Source: Myxococcota bacterium
Lineage (GTDB): Bacteria > Myxococcota_A > UBA796 > CAJQPC01
DNA length: 64,000 bases
Direction: 5' to 3'
Assembly: GCA_036229005.1 (NCBI GenBank)
Contig: JAZAMN010000073.1
Coordinates: 49,427 to 113,426, forward strand
A model generated the notes under the pieces. That model had not been told where the DNA came from and ran no database searches. It was given only the letters and a program-made list of their open reading frames with translations. A program made the position numbers and the translations under genes. Below are positions 48,322 to 58,385 of this stretch, piece by piece. Each line of letters starts with the position of its first letter. Position 1 is the stretch's first letter.

Positions 48322-49194
48322 CTATGCGCTGAGGGCGGGGTTGTCGTCTTCTTCGCGGCCCATCAGGGCCAGCCAGTTGTAGCCGGAGAGCGCCAGGGCG
48401 ATCAGCGCCCAGGAGTAGCTCAGGTTGGGCACCTGGCCGATCCATTCGGAGGCCAGCGGCATCGCGTCCTGCAGGCGCACGCCCAGGCCCAGGCACACAT
48501 CGCAGAGGTAGAAGAAGCCCAGTCCGCCCGCGATCAGCGCGCGGTTCACCCGGGGGAAGTCGTCCTTTCGCGGGATGACCGTCAGCGCCATCCACAGGCT
48601 CAGGGTCAGGATCAGCATGTAGGGCAGGTCCATCGCCGGCTTGAGGTAGGGCCAGGTCAGCACCACGGCCGCGATCGTCGGTACGAAGGAGGCCGCCAGC
48701 AGGCCCCAGACCTTGGGGGCCACGCCGGGGCGCTGCAGGTCCGAGCGGAAGTCCGCGAAGCTCACCAGGTGCCGCCAGATCAGCACGCCGTGGCAGACCA
48801 GGAAGGCCGCCACGCCCATCATGAAGGCCTGCCCCGGGGGCACGATCTCGATTCCGCCGGGCAGCGTCCCGCCAAAGATCAAGAAGAAGTCGCCCAGCGC
48901 CGCGAACGCGAAGGCGATCAGCAGGCGCGTCCGGTCCTTCTGGTCCAGCCACAGGTCGGGGCGGATCCACAGCACCAGGACCCCGCAGAGCAGGGTGCGG
49001 GCCATGCGCAGGACCGTGGACAGGGTGGAGAGCCCCGCCGGCCAGGTGAAGCCGCAGGTCTGGCCCACGCAGCCCTCGTGGAACAGGACGCGGAACTCGG
49101 CGAAGTCTTGCATCGTGAACAGCCCCGCTAGGTACATCAGCAGGGCCACCAGGCCGACAACGCGGGTACGCGCCTTGTTCTCGATCACTGTCAT
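48322..49194 (-). CDS. YhhN/lysoplasmalogenase-like membrane protein
   Basis: AALGDFFL, FMMGVAAFLVCH, Y..IL, GLGFFYLCD and SYSWAL match the YhhN pattern. Confidence 0.6.
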   Translation of the reverse strand: MTVIENKARTRVVGLVALLMYLAGLFTMQDFAEFRVLFHEGCVGQTCGFTWPAGLSTLSTVLRMARTLLCGVLVLWIRPDLWLDQKDRTRLLIAFAFAALGDFFLIFGGTLPGGIEIVPPGQAFMMGVAAFLVCHGVLIWRHLVSFADFRSDLQRPGVAPKVWGLLAASFVPTIAAVVLTWPYLKPAMDLPYMLILTLSLWMALTVIPRKDDFPRVNRALIAGGLGFFYLCDVCLGLGVRLQDAMPLASEWIGQVPNLSYSWALIALALSGYNWLALMGREEDDNPALSA

Positions 49195-49282
49195 GCGGCG
49201 ATTCTAGCCCGCGTCTGTCTCCCCGGGCCTTTCGGGGCCTTTCAGCGGCCTCGGCCGCCCGGCCCGCGATACATTCCCGGGG

Positions 49283-50155
49283 ATGTCACAGGCTCCCCAG
49301 TCCTTCGTCCAGAACGTCCTGGATCTGGTCTACTCCCTGCTTCAGCGCTTCGCGGCGCTGTCGCTGGTGCTCTTTGGCTACTTCGGGCCCTTCGTGCTGG
49401 GCTGGATGGCCATCCGCCTGCCCAGCATCACCGAGGTCGCCTACCCCGAGGAGATCACCGCCGAGTACATGGTCCAGATGTCCCTGTCCCCCTTCCCGGA
49501 CCCCGACAACGAGGTGCTGGACACCACCGAGCGCCTGATGTCCCCGACCAGCAAGCCCGAGCCCACCCCCGAGCCCGAGCCCGAGCCGGAGACCCAGGAC
49601 CAGGGCGACACCCCGGACGCCGCCAACAGCGAGAGCGGCCTGCGCAGCGGGACCCCCAAGAAGCCCGAGCCCCGGCCCCAGGGCACCAAGGTCCGCAACG
49701 CCGGGGGCGGTGACAGCACCAAGGGCGCCGGGACCGCCGAGGGGGGCGTGCGTGGCCCCGCCGACCAGGAGGGCGGCAAGGGCAAGGCCCAGGAGTGCCT
49801 GCCCGAGAACCCCGACATCAAGCCCATCAACGACAAGCGCTGGCGCGTGAAGCGCAGCCTGGTCGACTACTACGTCAACCACCTCAACAAGGCCCAGCAG
49901 CTCGCGTTCACCGGCTGGGTGGACCAGGGCGGCGAGCGCATCGGCTTCCGGGTGCGCCGCATCCGTTGCGGCAACGACCTGCACCAGCTCGGCTTCCGCA
50001 ACAAGGACGTCATCACGCACGTCAACGGCACGCCGGTCACCTCGGTCAAGGAGGCCATCAGCGCGTACATGCGCCTGCGCAACAAGAACCTCCTGGAGGT
50101 CACCATCAAGCGCCGCGGCGTCGAGCGCATCCACACCTACAAGCTGGTGGACTGA
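49283..50155 (+). CDS. Membrane-anchored protein with C-terminal GspC-like PDZ domain
   Basis: N-terminal TM, PE-rich linker, GFRVRRI...LHQLGFRNKDVITHVNG...VTIKRRG. Confidence 0.7.
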   Translation: MSQAPQSFVQNVLDLVYSLLQRFAALSLVLFGYFGPFVLGWMAIRLPSITEVAYPEEITAEYMVQMSLSPFPDPDNEVLDTTERLMSPTSKPEPTPEPEPEPETQDQGDTPDAANSESGLRSGTPKKPEPRPQGTKVRNAGGGDSTKGAGTAEGGVRGPADQEGGKGKAQECLPENPDIKPINDKRWRVKRSLVDYYVNHLNKAQQLAFTGWVDQGGERIGFRVRRIRCGNDLHQLGFRNKDVITHVNGTPVTSVKEAISAYMRLRNKNLLEVTIKRRGVERIHTYKLVD

Positions 50156-50170
50156 GCCCCAAAGCCCAGC

Positions 50171-51811
50171 TCAGAGGGCGTACAGGACGGCGCCGTCAAT
50201 CTCCTCGCCGGGGCCACAGACCGCGTCCAGCAGAGCGCGGATGGAGCGCTGCTTGGGCGGTGGGAGCGGGTCGAGGTGGACCACGATCCACCCCACATCC
50301 TGGCCCACCAGCTCCCGCCTCGCCCCCTCCAGAGCCCAGACATCACCGCTCGGCGCAAGCGAGGTCACCACGCTGCGTTCCCGCGCGAGCACTGCGCGAA
50401 CCAGGGCGTTCTCCCGGAGCTTTGGGGGCGTCGGGTCGTTCAGGCCATAGACCGTCGGGTGCCCGTGGACGCTGGAATACCAGGCCCACTCGGAGCGCTC
50501 GAGCACCTGCCGGCTCATGGGCAGATCCAGCACCGCGCGGCCGTCGTCGGGGAGCGCCGCATACACCGCGGGGAGCGCGCCGGAGGCCGTCGGCAGGGGC
50601 AGAGTGCGGGCCGCCGACGACTCCACCACCCACAGCGGCAGGGCCAGCAGCCAGATCGGGCGCTTCGCCGCCAGCATTCCGGCCGCGAGCCCCAAGGCCA
50701 GCAGCCCGGGGACCACAAAGCGGTAGGCGTGGGAGATGGCGCCAAAGCCCGGCAGCAGCCGGTTCGCGGCCAGGAAGGGCAGGGGAATGGGGGCGCCTCC
50801 CGGAAGCAGCGCGGGGCCCCCGGAGATGCGCAGGAAGGGCCCCAGCGCCATCAGCAGGCAGAGGCTCGCGGCCAGCAGCCAGGGGCGCGCCTGGGGGATG
50901 CGCCGGGCGGCGAAGGCCGGGACCAGCAGGCTCAGGCCCAGGAACACGCTGACCTGCAGGGCCTCGTCGAACACGCTCAGGTCGGGGCCTGAGCCCGCGT
51001 GCACGAAGGCCATCAGATCCACGGCGTTGTGGCTGACAAGGGCGGTCCAGACCCGCTCGGGGTCGCGCAGCACCAGCGCGTCGGGGGCTGCCAGGGTCGC
51101 GCGGAAGGCCAGCCCCGCCGGGAGCACCAGCGCCGCCCAAGTGCCCAGCAGCAGGGCCCCGCTGGCCAGGTGTCTGCGGCCCAGGCGGGATGCGTCGGCG
51201 CTCGGGAACAGCAGCGCGGGGGCCAGCATCAGCGCGAACAGGCCCTGGTACCAGCTCGCCCACGCGGCGAGAGCGAGGGCGACGCCGGCAGCCAGTCCTC
51301 GCCGATGGCTTGGATCCCGACGCCAGCGAAGGAGCCCCCAGGCCGAGAGCGGTATCCAGCCGATGCTGAGGCCCTCCGAGATCCCGTTGTGCACCTGGAC
51401 CACCAGCGTGGGGGACAGACACAGCACGACCGCGGGCACCAGCGAGGCCACCGGGTCCCGCGTCAGCGCGTGCGAGAGCCCCCAGGCCGCGAAGGCCGCG
51501 AGCCACAGGTTCAGGAGCACGCCCAGGTTGTAGGCCGCGATGGGCCCCGCCACCCAGGTCACCGGCGCCAGGGCGATGGCCTGGAAGAGGTCGATGAACC
51601 ACAGGGTCCCGCCGCCGCCCAGGGCCTGGGTGTAGAGCAGGGCGTGCTCGCCGCGCAGGGCCTCGGCGACGTGCTGGTAGCCCCAGACGTGGTTCCAGGT
51701 GTCGGTGTGGGGGTGGCCCAGCGCGAGCCCGGTGGGGTCCGCCAGCACGGGGGCGCAGATCAGCGCGGCCAGGAGCAGGGCAGCCAGGGCAGCGGTGGGG
51801 GAGGGGCGCAC
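50171..51811 (-). CDS. Polytopic membrane protein, GT-C/YfhO-like putative glycosyltransferase
   Basis: D.W..W early loop, AYNL, WY, LALGP, YRF, and periplasmic VLDLP...HG.P...G..VVH; paralog of 60139..62184. Confidence 0.55.
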   Translation of the reverse strand: MRPSPTAALAALLLAALICAPVLADPTGLALGHPHTDTWNHVWGYQHVAEALRGEHALLYTQALGGGGTLWFIDLFQAIALAPVTWVAGPIAAYNLGVLLNLWLAAFAAWGLSHALTRDPVASLVPAVVLCLSPTLVVQVHNGISEGLSIGWIPLSAWGLLRWRRDPSHRRGLAAGVALALAAWASWYQGLFALMLAPALLFPSADASRLGRRHLASGALLLGTWAALVLPAGLAFRATLAAPDALVLRDPERVWTALVSHNAVDLMAFVHAGSGPDLSVFDEALQVSVFLGLSLLVPAFAARRIPQARPWLLAASLCLLMALGPFLRISGGPALLPGGAPIPLPFLAANRLLPGFGAISHAYRFVVPGLLALGLAAGMLAAKRPIWLLALPLWVVESSAARTLPLPTASGALPAVYAALPDDGRAVLDLPMSRQVLERSEWAWYSSVHGHPTVYGLNDPTPPKLRENALVRAVLARERSVVTSLAPSGDVWALEGARRELVGQDVGWIVVHLDPLPPPKQRSIRALLDAVCGPGEEIDGAVLYAL

Positions 51812-51888
51812 GGCAGGACTCTACTCCTTCTTTGCGCCGCAGACAGGCCCGGCAGCGGCTAAGTTGCCGCCAACCATCGGAGATGCCC

Positions 51889-52704
51889 ATGACCGCCCTG
51901 CTCCTGAGCCTGCTGGCCTGCACCGACGCCAACACGGACGACAGCACCGACGACACCGCCGACTCCCAGGTCGATGACGACACCGGAGAGGAGTTCAACG
52001 CCTGCGAGCCCAGCGACCAGAGCGTCGACCAGACGGGCATCTACGGCCTGGCGACCGACACGGACGGGGGCGCCATCGAGTGCATGCGCGCCCAGTTCTG
52101 CACCGACGTCTGCGTCAACGGCAGCAGCAACGGCAGCGGCGAGTTCAGCGTGATCCCCAGCGCCGGCGGCATGGGGGCCTTCGCGGTCATCCCCATCACC
52201 GACACCTACGCCGACTACTTCACCGTGGGCGTGCCCCTGGAGTACAGCGACGCCGACCTGGAGATCGACGTCTCCCTGCCCCAGATGGGCACCAAGGTCA
52301 CCATCCCCGACGTCGCCGAGCCCCTGGCGCTGGCGGACAACTTCACCCTGACCCTGGGCAAGGACAACTTCAAGGGGGACTTCTCCACGCTGAACAACGA
52401 CGAGGCCGCCGTTGTCCGCGTCGGGGCCTCCGCGGCGCCCCCCCACGCTCCGCTGCCCGGCACCCTGGTCGAGATGTACCACCTGGCCCCCTGGCACGGT
52501 CACGCCGAAGGCGCCGAGGGCATCCCCGTCGAGATCTTCGTGCCCAACGCGACGGAGGACTACGCGCTCTACGAGTTCACCTACGACGCCGAGGGGCTGG
52601 TCTACGAGTGGACCCTGGTGGAGACCACCGTCAGCGAGCAGTTGATCTCCGGCAGCATCCACTACCTCACCACCCTGGCCGTGGTGAACACCGCCGTCGA
52701 CTGA
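51889..52704 (+). CDS. Hypothetical acidic lipoprotein
   Basis: GGAG SD; MTALLLSLLAC; D/T/S-rich linker. Confidence 0.75.
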   Translation: MTALLLSLLACTDANTDDSTDDTADSQVDDDTGEEFNACEPSDQSVDQTGIYGLATDTDGGAIECMRAQFCTDVCVNGSSNGSGEFSVIPSAGGMGAFAVIPITDTYADYFTVGVPLEYSDADLEIDVSLPQMGTKVTIPDVAEPLALADNFTLTLGKDNFKGDFSTLNNDEAAVVRVGASAAPPHAPLPGTLVEMYHLAPWHGHAEGAEGIPVEIFVPNATEDYALYEFTYDAEGLVYEWTLVETTVSEQLISGSIHYLTTLAVVNTAVD

Positions 52705-52723
52705 GTCGGCCGCGGGTGGATCC

Positions 52724-52747
52724 AAGGGGCCCCGGCGAGGGCCCCTT
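52724..52747. terminator. Hairpin between convergent genes (possible bidirectional terminator)
   Basis: AAGGGGCCC-cggcga-GGGCCCCTT. Confidence 0.6.
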
Positions 52748-52753
52748 CCTGCT

Positions 52754-54211
52754 TCAGGCCTTGAGCTTGCGGGGCAGCACCTTTGCGATGGACCAGCGGT
52801 AGCCGCTCGGATCCCGCGTCAGCAGGTCGCGGTCGATAGGCGGCTCCAGCTTCTGGCGGTCCGCGCCGTAGAACACGCGCACCTTGGGTCGGCGTACCTG
52901 CAGGGGGTCGCCTGGGGGCGCGAACACCCGGCCCATCTCCCCGTTGTCGAGCTGCACCGGCGTGTTCAGGGGCAGGCGGCCCGTCATGTTGATGAAGTGG
53001 AGGACGAGGGTTGGATCCAGCTCCGCGCCTCTCATCTCCAACATCTTCGCCAGGGCCTGCTCCGGGTACATCCCGCGACGGGTGGGCCCATGCGAGGTCA
53101 ACCGGTCGAAGGTCTCCGCCACCGCGTAGATCCGGGTGAACAGGTGCTGCTGGCCGGGCTGCAGGGGCTGGGGGTAGCCCTGGCCGTCAAAGCGCCGCTC
53201 GTGCTCCCAGGCCACCCGCGCCTGCCGGATGCCGCTGGTGTCCAGCTTGGAGGCGCCCAGGGCCACGCGCGCGGAGTCCGCGGGGTGGTGCTCGTAGAGG
53301 ACCTTGTCTTCGCCGCTGAGCTCGGGCTGCTCCAGGATCTGAGCGGGCACCAGCGCCAGGCCGATGTCGGCCACCAGGCAGGCCTGGGCGAGGTCCAGCA
53401 GGGCGGTGCGGGAGAGGCCGAGGCGACGGCCCAGCGCGATGGCCAGGATGGTGCTGTGCACGGGGTGGCGCAGCTCGTAGGAGGCGGTGTCCTTGAGCAG
53501 CAGCAGCTTCTGCCAATAGCGGGGGTGGTCGCCGTCCAGCTCGATGAGCTGCTGGGCGATGCGCACCAGGCCGAGCTGGTGGCGGCCGTGGCGCACCCGG
53601 AGCTGGAGCGCCTGGATGGCGCGGAGGGCCCGGATGTAGATGTAGAGCTCGCGGCCGGTGGTGACCTCCAGGGACTCGGCCTCGCCGGCCTCCGCCCCCA
53701 GGTGGGCCAGCTTGAGCTGCCAGGGCGGCGCGAAGCCCAGGCCCCGCACGCCCTCCTGCTCCAGCAGCTCGTTCAGGCGCAGGCTGTTGGCGTCCGAGGC
53801 CTGCTGATCCTCCGGGATCTCCTCGGCGTCCTTGAGCGTCTGCATGGTGGTGCGCCACTGCGCGTCGTCGCTCTCTCCCTGGAGCACCAGCCCGCCGATG
53901 CCGCGGGCGCGCAGATAGCTGGAGACCACGGCCAGGTGCTCCATGCCGTTGCGGCTCAGGCGCACGCGGGTGTCGTTGATGTGGGCGGTCTGGTCCTGGA
54001 CCAGCAGCAGCACCTCACCCAACTGGGCGGTCAGGTTGGACGAGGCCTCGATGGCCGCCGTGAGGATGCCGGTGAAGGCGTGGTTCTGCAGGTCGTGCAG
54101 CCGGGCGGTGCGCACCACCTGGCCCAGGCGCTGCACGAGCTTGGGCCCGTGCTGCTGGATGAGCACCACGGGGTCGAGCTCGGTGGGCTCCTGGCTGGGA
54201 AGGGTGGACAT
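52754..54211 (-). CDS. Degenerate HD-GYP domain protein
   Basis: H..H...LGRRLGL, ADIG (HD replaced by AD), HHP, EHERRFDGQGYP, RIYAVAETFD; ATG 54211 overlaps the upstream stop. Confidence 0.82.
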   Translation of the reverse strand: MSTLPSQEPTELDPVVLIQQHGPKLVQRLGQVVRTARLHDLQNHAFTGILTAAIEASSNLTAQLGEVLLLVQDQTAHINDTRVRLSRNGMEHLAVVSSYLRARGIGGLVLQGESDDAQWRTTMQTLKDAEEIPEDQQASDANSLRLNELLEQEGVRGLGFAPPWQLKLAHLGAEAGEAESLEVTTGRELYIYIRALRAIQALQLRVRHGRHQLGLVRIAQQLIELDGDHPRYWQKLLLLKDTASYELRHPVHSTILAIALGRRLGLSRTALLDLAQACLVADIGLALVPAQILEQPELSGEDKVLYEHHPADSARVALGASKLDTSGIRQARVAWEHERRFDGQGYPQPLQPGQQHLFTRIYAVAETFDRLTSHGPTRRGMYPEQALAKMLEMRGAELDPTLVLHFINMTGRLPLNTPVQLDNGEMGRVFAPPGDPLQVRRPKVRVFYGADRQKLEPPIDRDLLTRDPSGYRWSIAKVLPRKLKA

Positions 54212-55965
54212 CAGGCCTCCAGCATGGCGGTGAGTTGGGGCCAGCGGCGGGTGGCCTTCTCGACGGCGGAGGCCGCCTGGCTGGCGCGGCTGACCTTGAG
54301 GGCGTGGGCGCAGGCCGCGCGGATCAGCAGATCGAACTCGGTCTCGCGCCGCTCCTCCAACAGCATGTGGCCCAGCTCGGTGTGGGCGTTGGAGCGCCCG
54401 GCGACTGCGTAGGCGGTGCACCACGCGCGCATCTCGTCGGCCTCCAGGTCCCGCAGGTCCTCGACCTTGACGCGAGCCTCCAGCAGCTCCAGGAGCTTCC
54501 TCCCCATCAAGGCGGCGTGCCGCAGAGCCTCGATGCGGACCCCAGCCGCTTCGTCCCCCAGAGAGGTGGTGATCTGCGACTGGAGGCGGTCGCTGCGCTC
54601 CCCTCGCAGCAGGCGCAGAGCGGCCTCCCGGGCGCGGGGATCCTGGGACTTGACCAGGCGCCAGGCCTGCTCCCTGCCCCGACCTGCGCCCTCGCGCCAG
54701 AGGGCGAGCATGGCCAGCACGGCGCGGGGGCCGTCGGCGTCGGCCAGGGCCTTGGCTTCGAGGTCAAAGTCCAGGCGGCGGTTCATGCGCAGCACGTCGG
54801 TCACCGTGAGGCAGTGGGCCACGTGCTGCAGGTGGGGGAGCAGGGCGCGCACCGAGGGCTGGTGCTCCTGGTGGACCAGGGAGAGCAGCGTGAACAGGCT
54901 GGGCGCCTGCCGCTCTGGCTCACCCAGGGCGGAGAAGGCCTCCGCGAGGCGCTCTCCCAGGGTGCCGACCAGGTTCCCGTAGCCCAGCAGGAAGTTGCGC
55001 TCGGCCAGCGCGCCGGGGAAGTCCTCCTTCCGAAAGGAGAGGGTGCGCCGTACAAAGCGGGCGGCGTCCTTGGGGCGGGCGGCCTCGACCAGCTCCACGG
55101 CGGCCCGGGCGGCCATCTCGCCGAGCCTGCCCTGTCCTCGCCCTTCTCTACCGGTGCGGACCAGCTCGAAGAGGATCCAGCTTGCGTGTTGAAGGCCGGT
55201 GTCCTGACCACCACTCAGCCCCTCGATCTCCTGCTTGAGGGCCGCGCTCTGGGCCTTGGGGATCTCGAAGAGCCCGTCGTGTGCTTGCAGCCGGGGGTCC
55301 TCCTTGAAGTCCACCTGGCGGCGGAACTTGAGGTAGAGCTCGGCCTCGTCCTGCTTCATCCGGAACTGCCGCGCGACCACCTGGGTCTCCAGCATCAGCT
55401 CCTCGATGTCCAGGCCCTCGACCATCACGGAGTCGCCGGTGAGCCGGCCGAGCTGGGCGCCCTGCTTGCGGCCCAAGGCCAGATCCTCGCGCAGGGCGGC
55501 CTCTCCGCCTTCGCCCAGGACCTCGGCGAAGCGCTCGACCACCAAGAGCTCGATGCCCTTGAAGTCTGCGGCCCAGAGCAGCGCGAGCAGGTCGTCCTCT
55601 TCTGGCGGGCGGCGATCCCAGGGGAGGATGAGCAGGTGGGCCAGGCGCATGCACTCGTCCTGCGGCACGCCGGGGCGGAAGCCCACAAAGCGCAGGCCCT
55701 CGTCGTAGAGCGTCAGGCAGAGCTGGGCGTTCGCGTCTCCGCGGCCCATGGGCTCCTCGCCCAGCCAGAAGTTGTTGGGGTCCAGCCGCAGGCGGAAGGC
55801 TCCGTACTCGGTGGCCTTCTGGATGTCCTGGGCGAACTGGCTGGCGAAGGCTTCGGCGAAGTCGTGGCCCTGGCCGTAGAGCCGGGTGGTGCCACGGTAG
55901 CGGGCCAGGGACAGCAGGGCGGCCTTGAGGTGGCGCTGCCCTTCGGCGGAGAGGGTCTGGGACAT
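54211..55965 (-). CDS. HEAT-repeat protein coupled to the HD-GYP gene
   Basis: N-terminal RLY..GH motif; C-terminal DPRAREAALRLL and DEAAGVRIEALR HEAT-like repeats. Confidence 0.7.
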   Translation of the reverse strand: MSQTLSAEGQRHLKAALLSLARYRGTTRLYGQGHDFAEAFASQFAQDIQKATEYGAFRLRLDPNNFWLGEEPMGRGDANAQLCLTLYDEGLRFVGFRPGVPQDECMRLAHLLILPWDRRPPEEDDLLALLWAADFKGIELLVVERFAEVLGEGGEAALREDLALGRKQGAQLGRLTGDSVMVEGLDIEELMLETQVVARQFRMKQDEAELYLKFRRQVDFKEDPRLQAHDGLFEIPKAQSAALKQEIEGLSGGQDTGLQHASWILFELVRTGREGRGQGRLGEMAARAAVELVEAARPKDAARFVRRTLSFRKEDFPGALAERNFLLGYGNLVGTLGERLAEAFSALGEPERQAPSLFTLLSLVHQEHQPSVRALLPHLQHVAHCLTVTDVLRMNRRLDFDLEAKALADADGPRAVLAMLALWREGAGRGREQAWRLVKSQDPRAREAALRLLRGERSDRLQSQITTSLGDEAAGVRIEALRHAALMGRKLLELLEARVKVEDLRDLEADEMRAWCTAYAVAGRSNAHTELGHMLLEERRETEFDLLIRAACAHALKVSRASQAASAVEKATRRWPQLTAMLEA

Positions 55966-55970
55966 GGGGG

Positions 55971-56326
55971 GATCCTACTTCCTGCGGCTCCCACCCGGCC
56001 CGGTCCGCCGGCGCTCAGGGGGGATCCGGCCCGTCCAGTTGGGTCCGGTGGGGGGGCACCTTCCAACGCCGCCCCGCCTGCAGCACGGATCGGCCGCGCT
56101 GGTCAGCGCGCTCGGTCTCGTGGGGGGTGCAGGGGGGCATGCGTGTCTCCAATCGGCGGGAGGATCGATCCGGGGTCTTTACGCGTCAAGATCGTGGACC
56201 GCTGCGCCGGGGCTCGCGCCGCGCGCCCCTCTTTGGGGATCCGCACGGCAGGCGGATCGATCGCTTGAGGATCCTCCGCAGGGATCGCGCGCGGGATCTG
56301 GGGCGATCCCCGGGGCGCGTTAGATC
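55971..56326. promoter_or_regulatory. GATC-dense divergent intergenic region (14 GATC sites)
   Basis: GATC at 55971, 56023, 56088, 56163, 56167, 56190, 56238, 56255, 56259, 56270, 56283, 56295, 56305 and 56323. Confidence 0.6.
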
Positions 56327-56349
56327 CACCGCCCTTGGAGGCCAACCAC

Positions 56350-57405
56350 ATGCTGGATGAGATCCGCGCCGTCGTGCGCGCCGGCGGGCGCATCACCCGA
56401 GAGCAGGCCGCCTGGCTCTACAGCCAGTGCCCCGACGCCGAGCTCCGCGAGCTGGCCCAGGCCGTCCGGGGGCGCTTCCACCCGCCCCAGCAGGCGACCT
56501 GGCTCAAGATGGCCATCGTCAACTACACCAACGTGTGCGTGGCCCGCTGCGACTACTGCGCGTTCTACCGCTTCCCCGGCCAGCCCGACACCTACCTGCT
56601 CTCTTTCGAACAGGTCAAAGCCAAGATCGACGCGCTCGTTTCGATGGGCGGGGACATGGTCGGCTTCAACGGTGGCTTCCATCCGGACCTGCCCCTGGAG
56701 CACTACACCGAGCTCTTCAAGCGCTGCCGCGAGGCCTTCCCGCAGCTCCACTTCTACGAGATGACCATCGCGGAGTTCATGTTCGTCGCCAAGCGCGGCA
56801 AGTGGACCTACGCCGACGCCGCCAAGGCCTTCGCGGACTCCGGCACCCAGTGGATCACCGGCGGTGGGGCCGAGATCCTGGACGACGCCTTCCGCCTGCG
56901 CCACAGCCCCGGCAAGTACAAGGTCGAGGACTACTACGACGCCCAGCGCGCCGTGCTCGACGCGGGCATGGGCAGCACCGCCACCATGGTGATTGGCTTC
57001 GACGAGACCCTGGACGAGCGCCTGAACCACATCGAGCGCCTGCGCAGCTTCCAGGACGAGGTGGACGGTCGGCTCACCAGCTTCCTGTGCTGGACCTACA
57101 AGCCCTACAGCACCGAGCTCGGCGGCGCCGAGGTCCCGCTGAACGAGTACCTGCGCTGGATGGCGACCTGTCGCATCTACCTGGACAACATCCGACACTT
57201 CCGCACCAGCGTGCTCACCCGCAACGCGGACGCGATGCTGGGGCTCAGCTACGGCGCCGACGACTTCGACCTGCCTACCGAGGATGAGGTCACCCAGAAG
57301 GCCGGAGCCACCATCGACCACGACTTCGAGGCGGTGCTGGACTCCGCGCGAAAGCTGGGCTTTGAGCCTGCGCGGCGCGAGCCCTTTGCGCGGTGGTGTG
57401 ACTGA
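56350..57405 (+). CDS. mqnC: MqnC/CofH-family radical SAM enzyme (probable dehypoxanthine futalosine cyclase)
   Basis: VNYTNVCVARCDYCAFYR, GGFHPDL, GGGAEIL, STATMVIG, LRSFQD, GADDF; GGAGG SD before ATG 56350. The family is secure, the exact member is less so. Confidence 0.68.
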   Translation: MLDEIRAVVRAGGRITREQAAWLYSQCPDAELRELAQAVRGRFHPPQQATWLKMAIVNYTNVCVARCDYCAFYRFPGQPDTYLLSFEQVKAKIDALVSMGGDMVGFNGGFHPDLPLEHYTELFKRCREAFPQLHFYEMTIAEFMFVAKRGKWTYADAAKAFADSGTQWITGGGAEILDDAFRLRHSPGKYKVEDYYDAQRAVLDAGMGSTATMVIGFDETLDERLNHIERLRSFQDEVDGRLTSFLCWTYKPYSTELGGAEVPLNEYLRWMATCRIYLDNIRHFRTSVLTRNADAMLGLSYGADDFDLPTEDEVTQKAGATIDHDFEAVLDSARKLGFEPARREPFARWCD

Positions 57406-57438
57406 GGGGCCGCCTGCGGGGCCCGCCCAGTCAGGAGC

Positions 57439-58320
57439 TCAGTAGACCTTCAGCCAGTAGGAGTTGAGGCCCGCGTTCAGGCGGACCTGGCCGTCGTACT
57501 GGTCCAGGGGGCCGGCGAACTGGACGCAAGACCCGGTGCTGACGCCGTCGGCGCTGCTGGCCCGCAGGGTGAGCTTGTTGCTGCCCATCTCCACGTCGTA
57601 GCACTCGTAGCCGCTGCCACAGCTGCCCTGCGCAGAGGTCACCTCGCCCCAGCCCCAGACCGGCTTGGAGAGGTCGTCCAGAGTGACGCCCTGGCGGGTC
57701 AGGTCGATCAGGTAGATGTCTGAGCTCGTCGATGCCGACCAGAACTCCTCCACCGCGGTGATCTCCGGGATCCCGTAGTAGTTGTGGAGCTCCACCGCGA
57801 CGAAGTAGGCGTTCTCCCCCGGGAAGCCATCCTCGAGCAGGCCGTAGGTCCTGTAGGCGCCGCTGGCGTCCTGGATCCAGACGTCTCCCGTCTCCTCCGA
57901 ACGGGCCGTGATCGTCGCGCCGCCCACCTCGATGGACACGTCGGCGTAGTCACCAGAGGCGGGGGTCGCGGCGATCAGCTCGTCGATGTTGGCGTCTCCC
58001 TTTCCGGTCCGCCCCCACTGGACCTGGCCGCTTGAGATCTCCCCGTAGTACGCGGTCCCCGGCTCACAGGGATCCGCGTCGGCGTCGCTGTCTGCATCCG
58101 AGTCGGAGTCGCTGTCGGAGTCGCTGTCCGAGTCCGAGTCGCTGTCGGAGTCGCTGTCCGAGTCCGAGTCCGAGTCGCTGTCCGCGTCCGTGTCGGCGTC
58201 GCCGTCGAGCAGCCAGCTGTCCACGGGCTCCTCGCTGTCGCCTCCGCCGATGCCGCAGGCCATGCCCAGCGCCGCGAAGGTGGTCAGGGTTCCGGTGAGC
58301 AGAAGTCGCTTCGCGCGCAT
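57439..58320 (-). CDS. Lipoprotein with (Asp-Ser)n tract and OB-fold-like domains (paralog 1)
   Basis: MRAKRLLL...GMAC; long DS dipeptide run; VWIQDASG, NYYGIPEI, G.CVQFAGP. Confidence 0.8.
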   Translation of the reverse strand: MRAKRLLLTGTLTTFAALGMACGIGGGDSEEPVDSWLLDGDADTDADSDSDSDSDSDSDSDSDSDSDSDSDSDSDADSDADADPCEPGTAYYGEISSGQVQWGRTGKGDANIDELIAATPASGDYADVSIEVGGATITARSEETGDVWIQDASGAYRTYGLLEDGFPGENAYFVAVELHNYYGIPEITAVEEFWSASTSSDIYLIDLTRQGVTLDDLSKPVWGWGEVTSAQGSCGSGYECYDVEMGSNKLTLRASSADGVSTGSCVQFAGPLDQYDGQVRLNAGLNSYWLKVY

Positions 58321-58385
58321 GGGTCCTCCCGAGGGGAGCGGGTCTATCAGGCTCAATCCCGTGGTGTCTCCAGCAGACTCCGCGC

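Noticed and set aside
55971..56326. oriC call for the GATC cluster
   Set aside because: No consensus DnaA boxes, no AT-rich unwinding element and no dnaA/gidA/parAB neighbours; kept only as an unexplained cluster.
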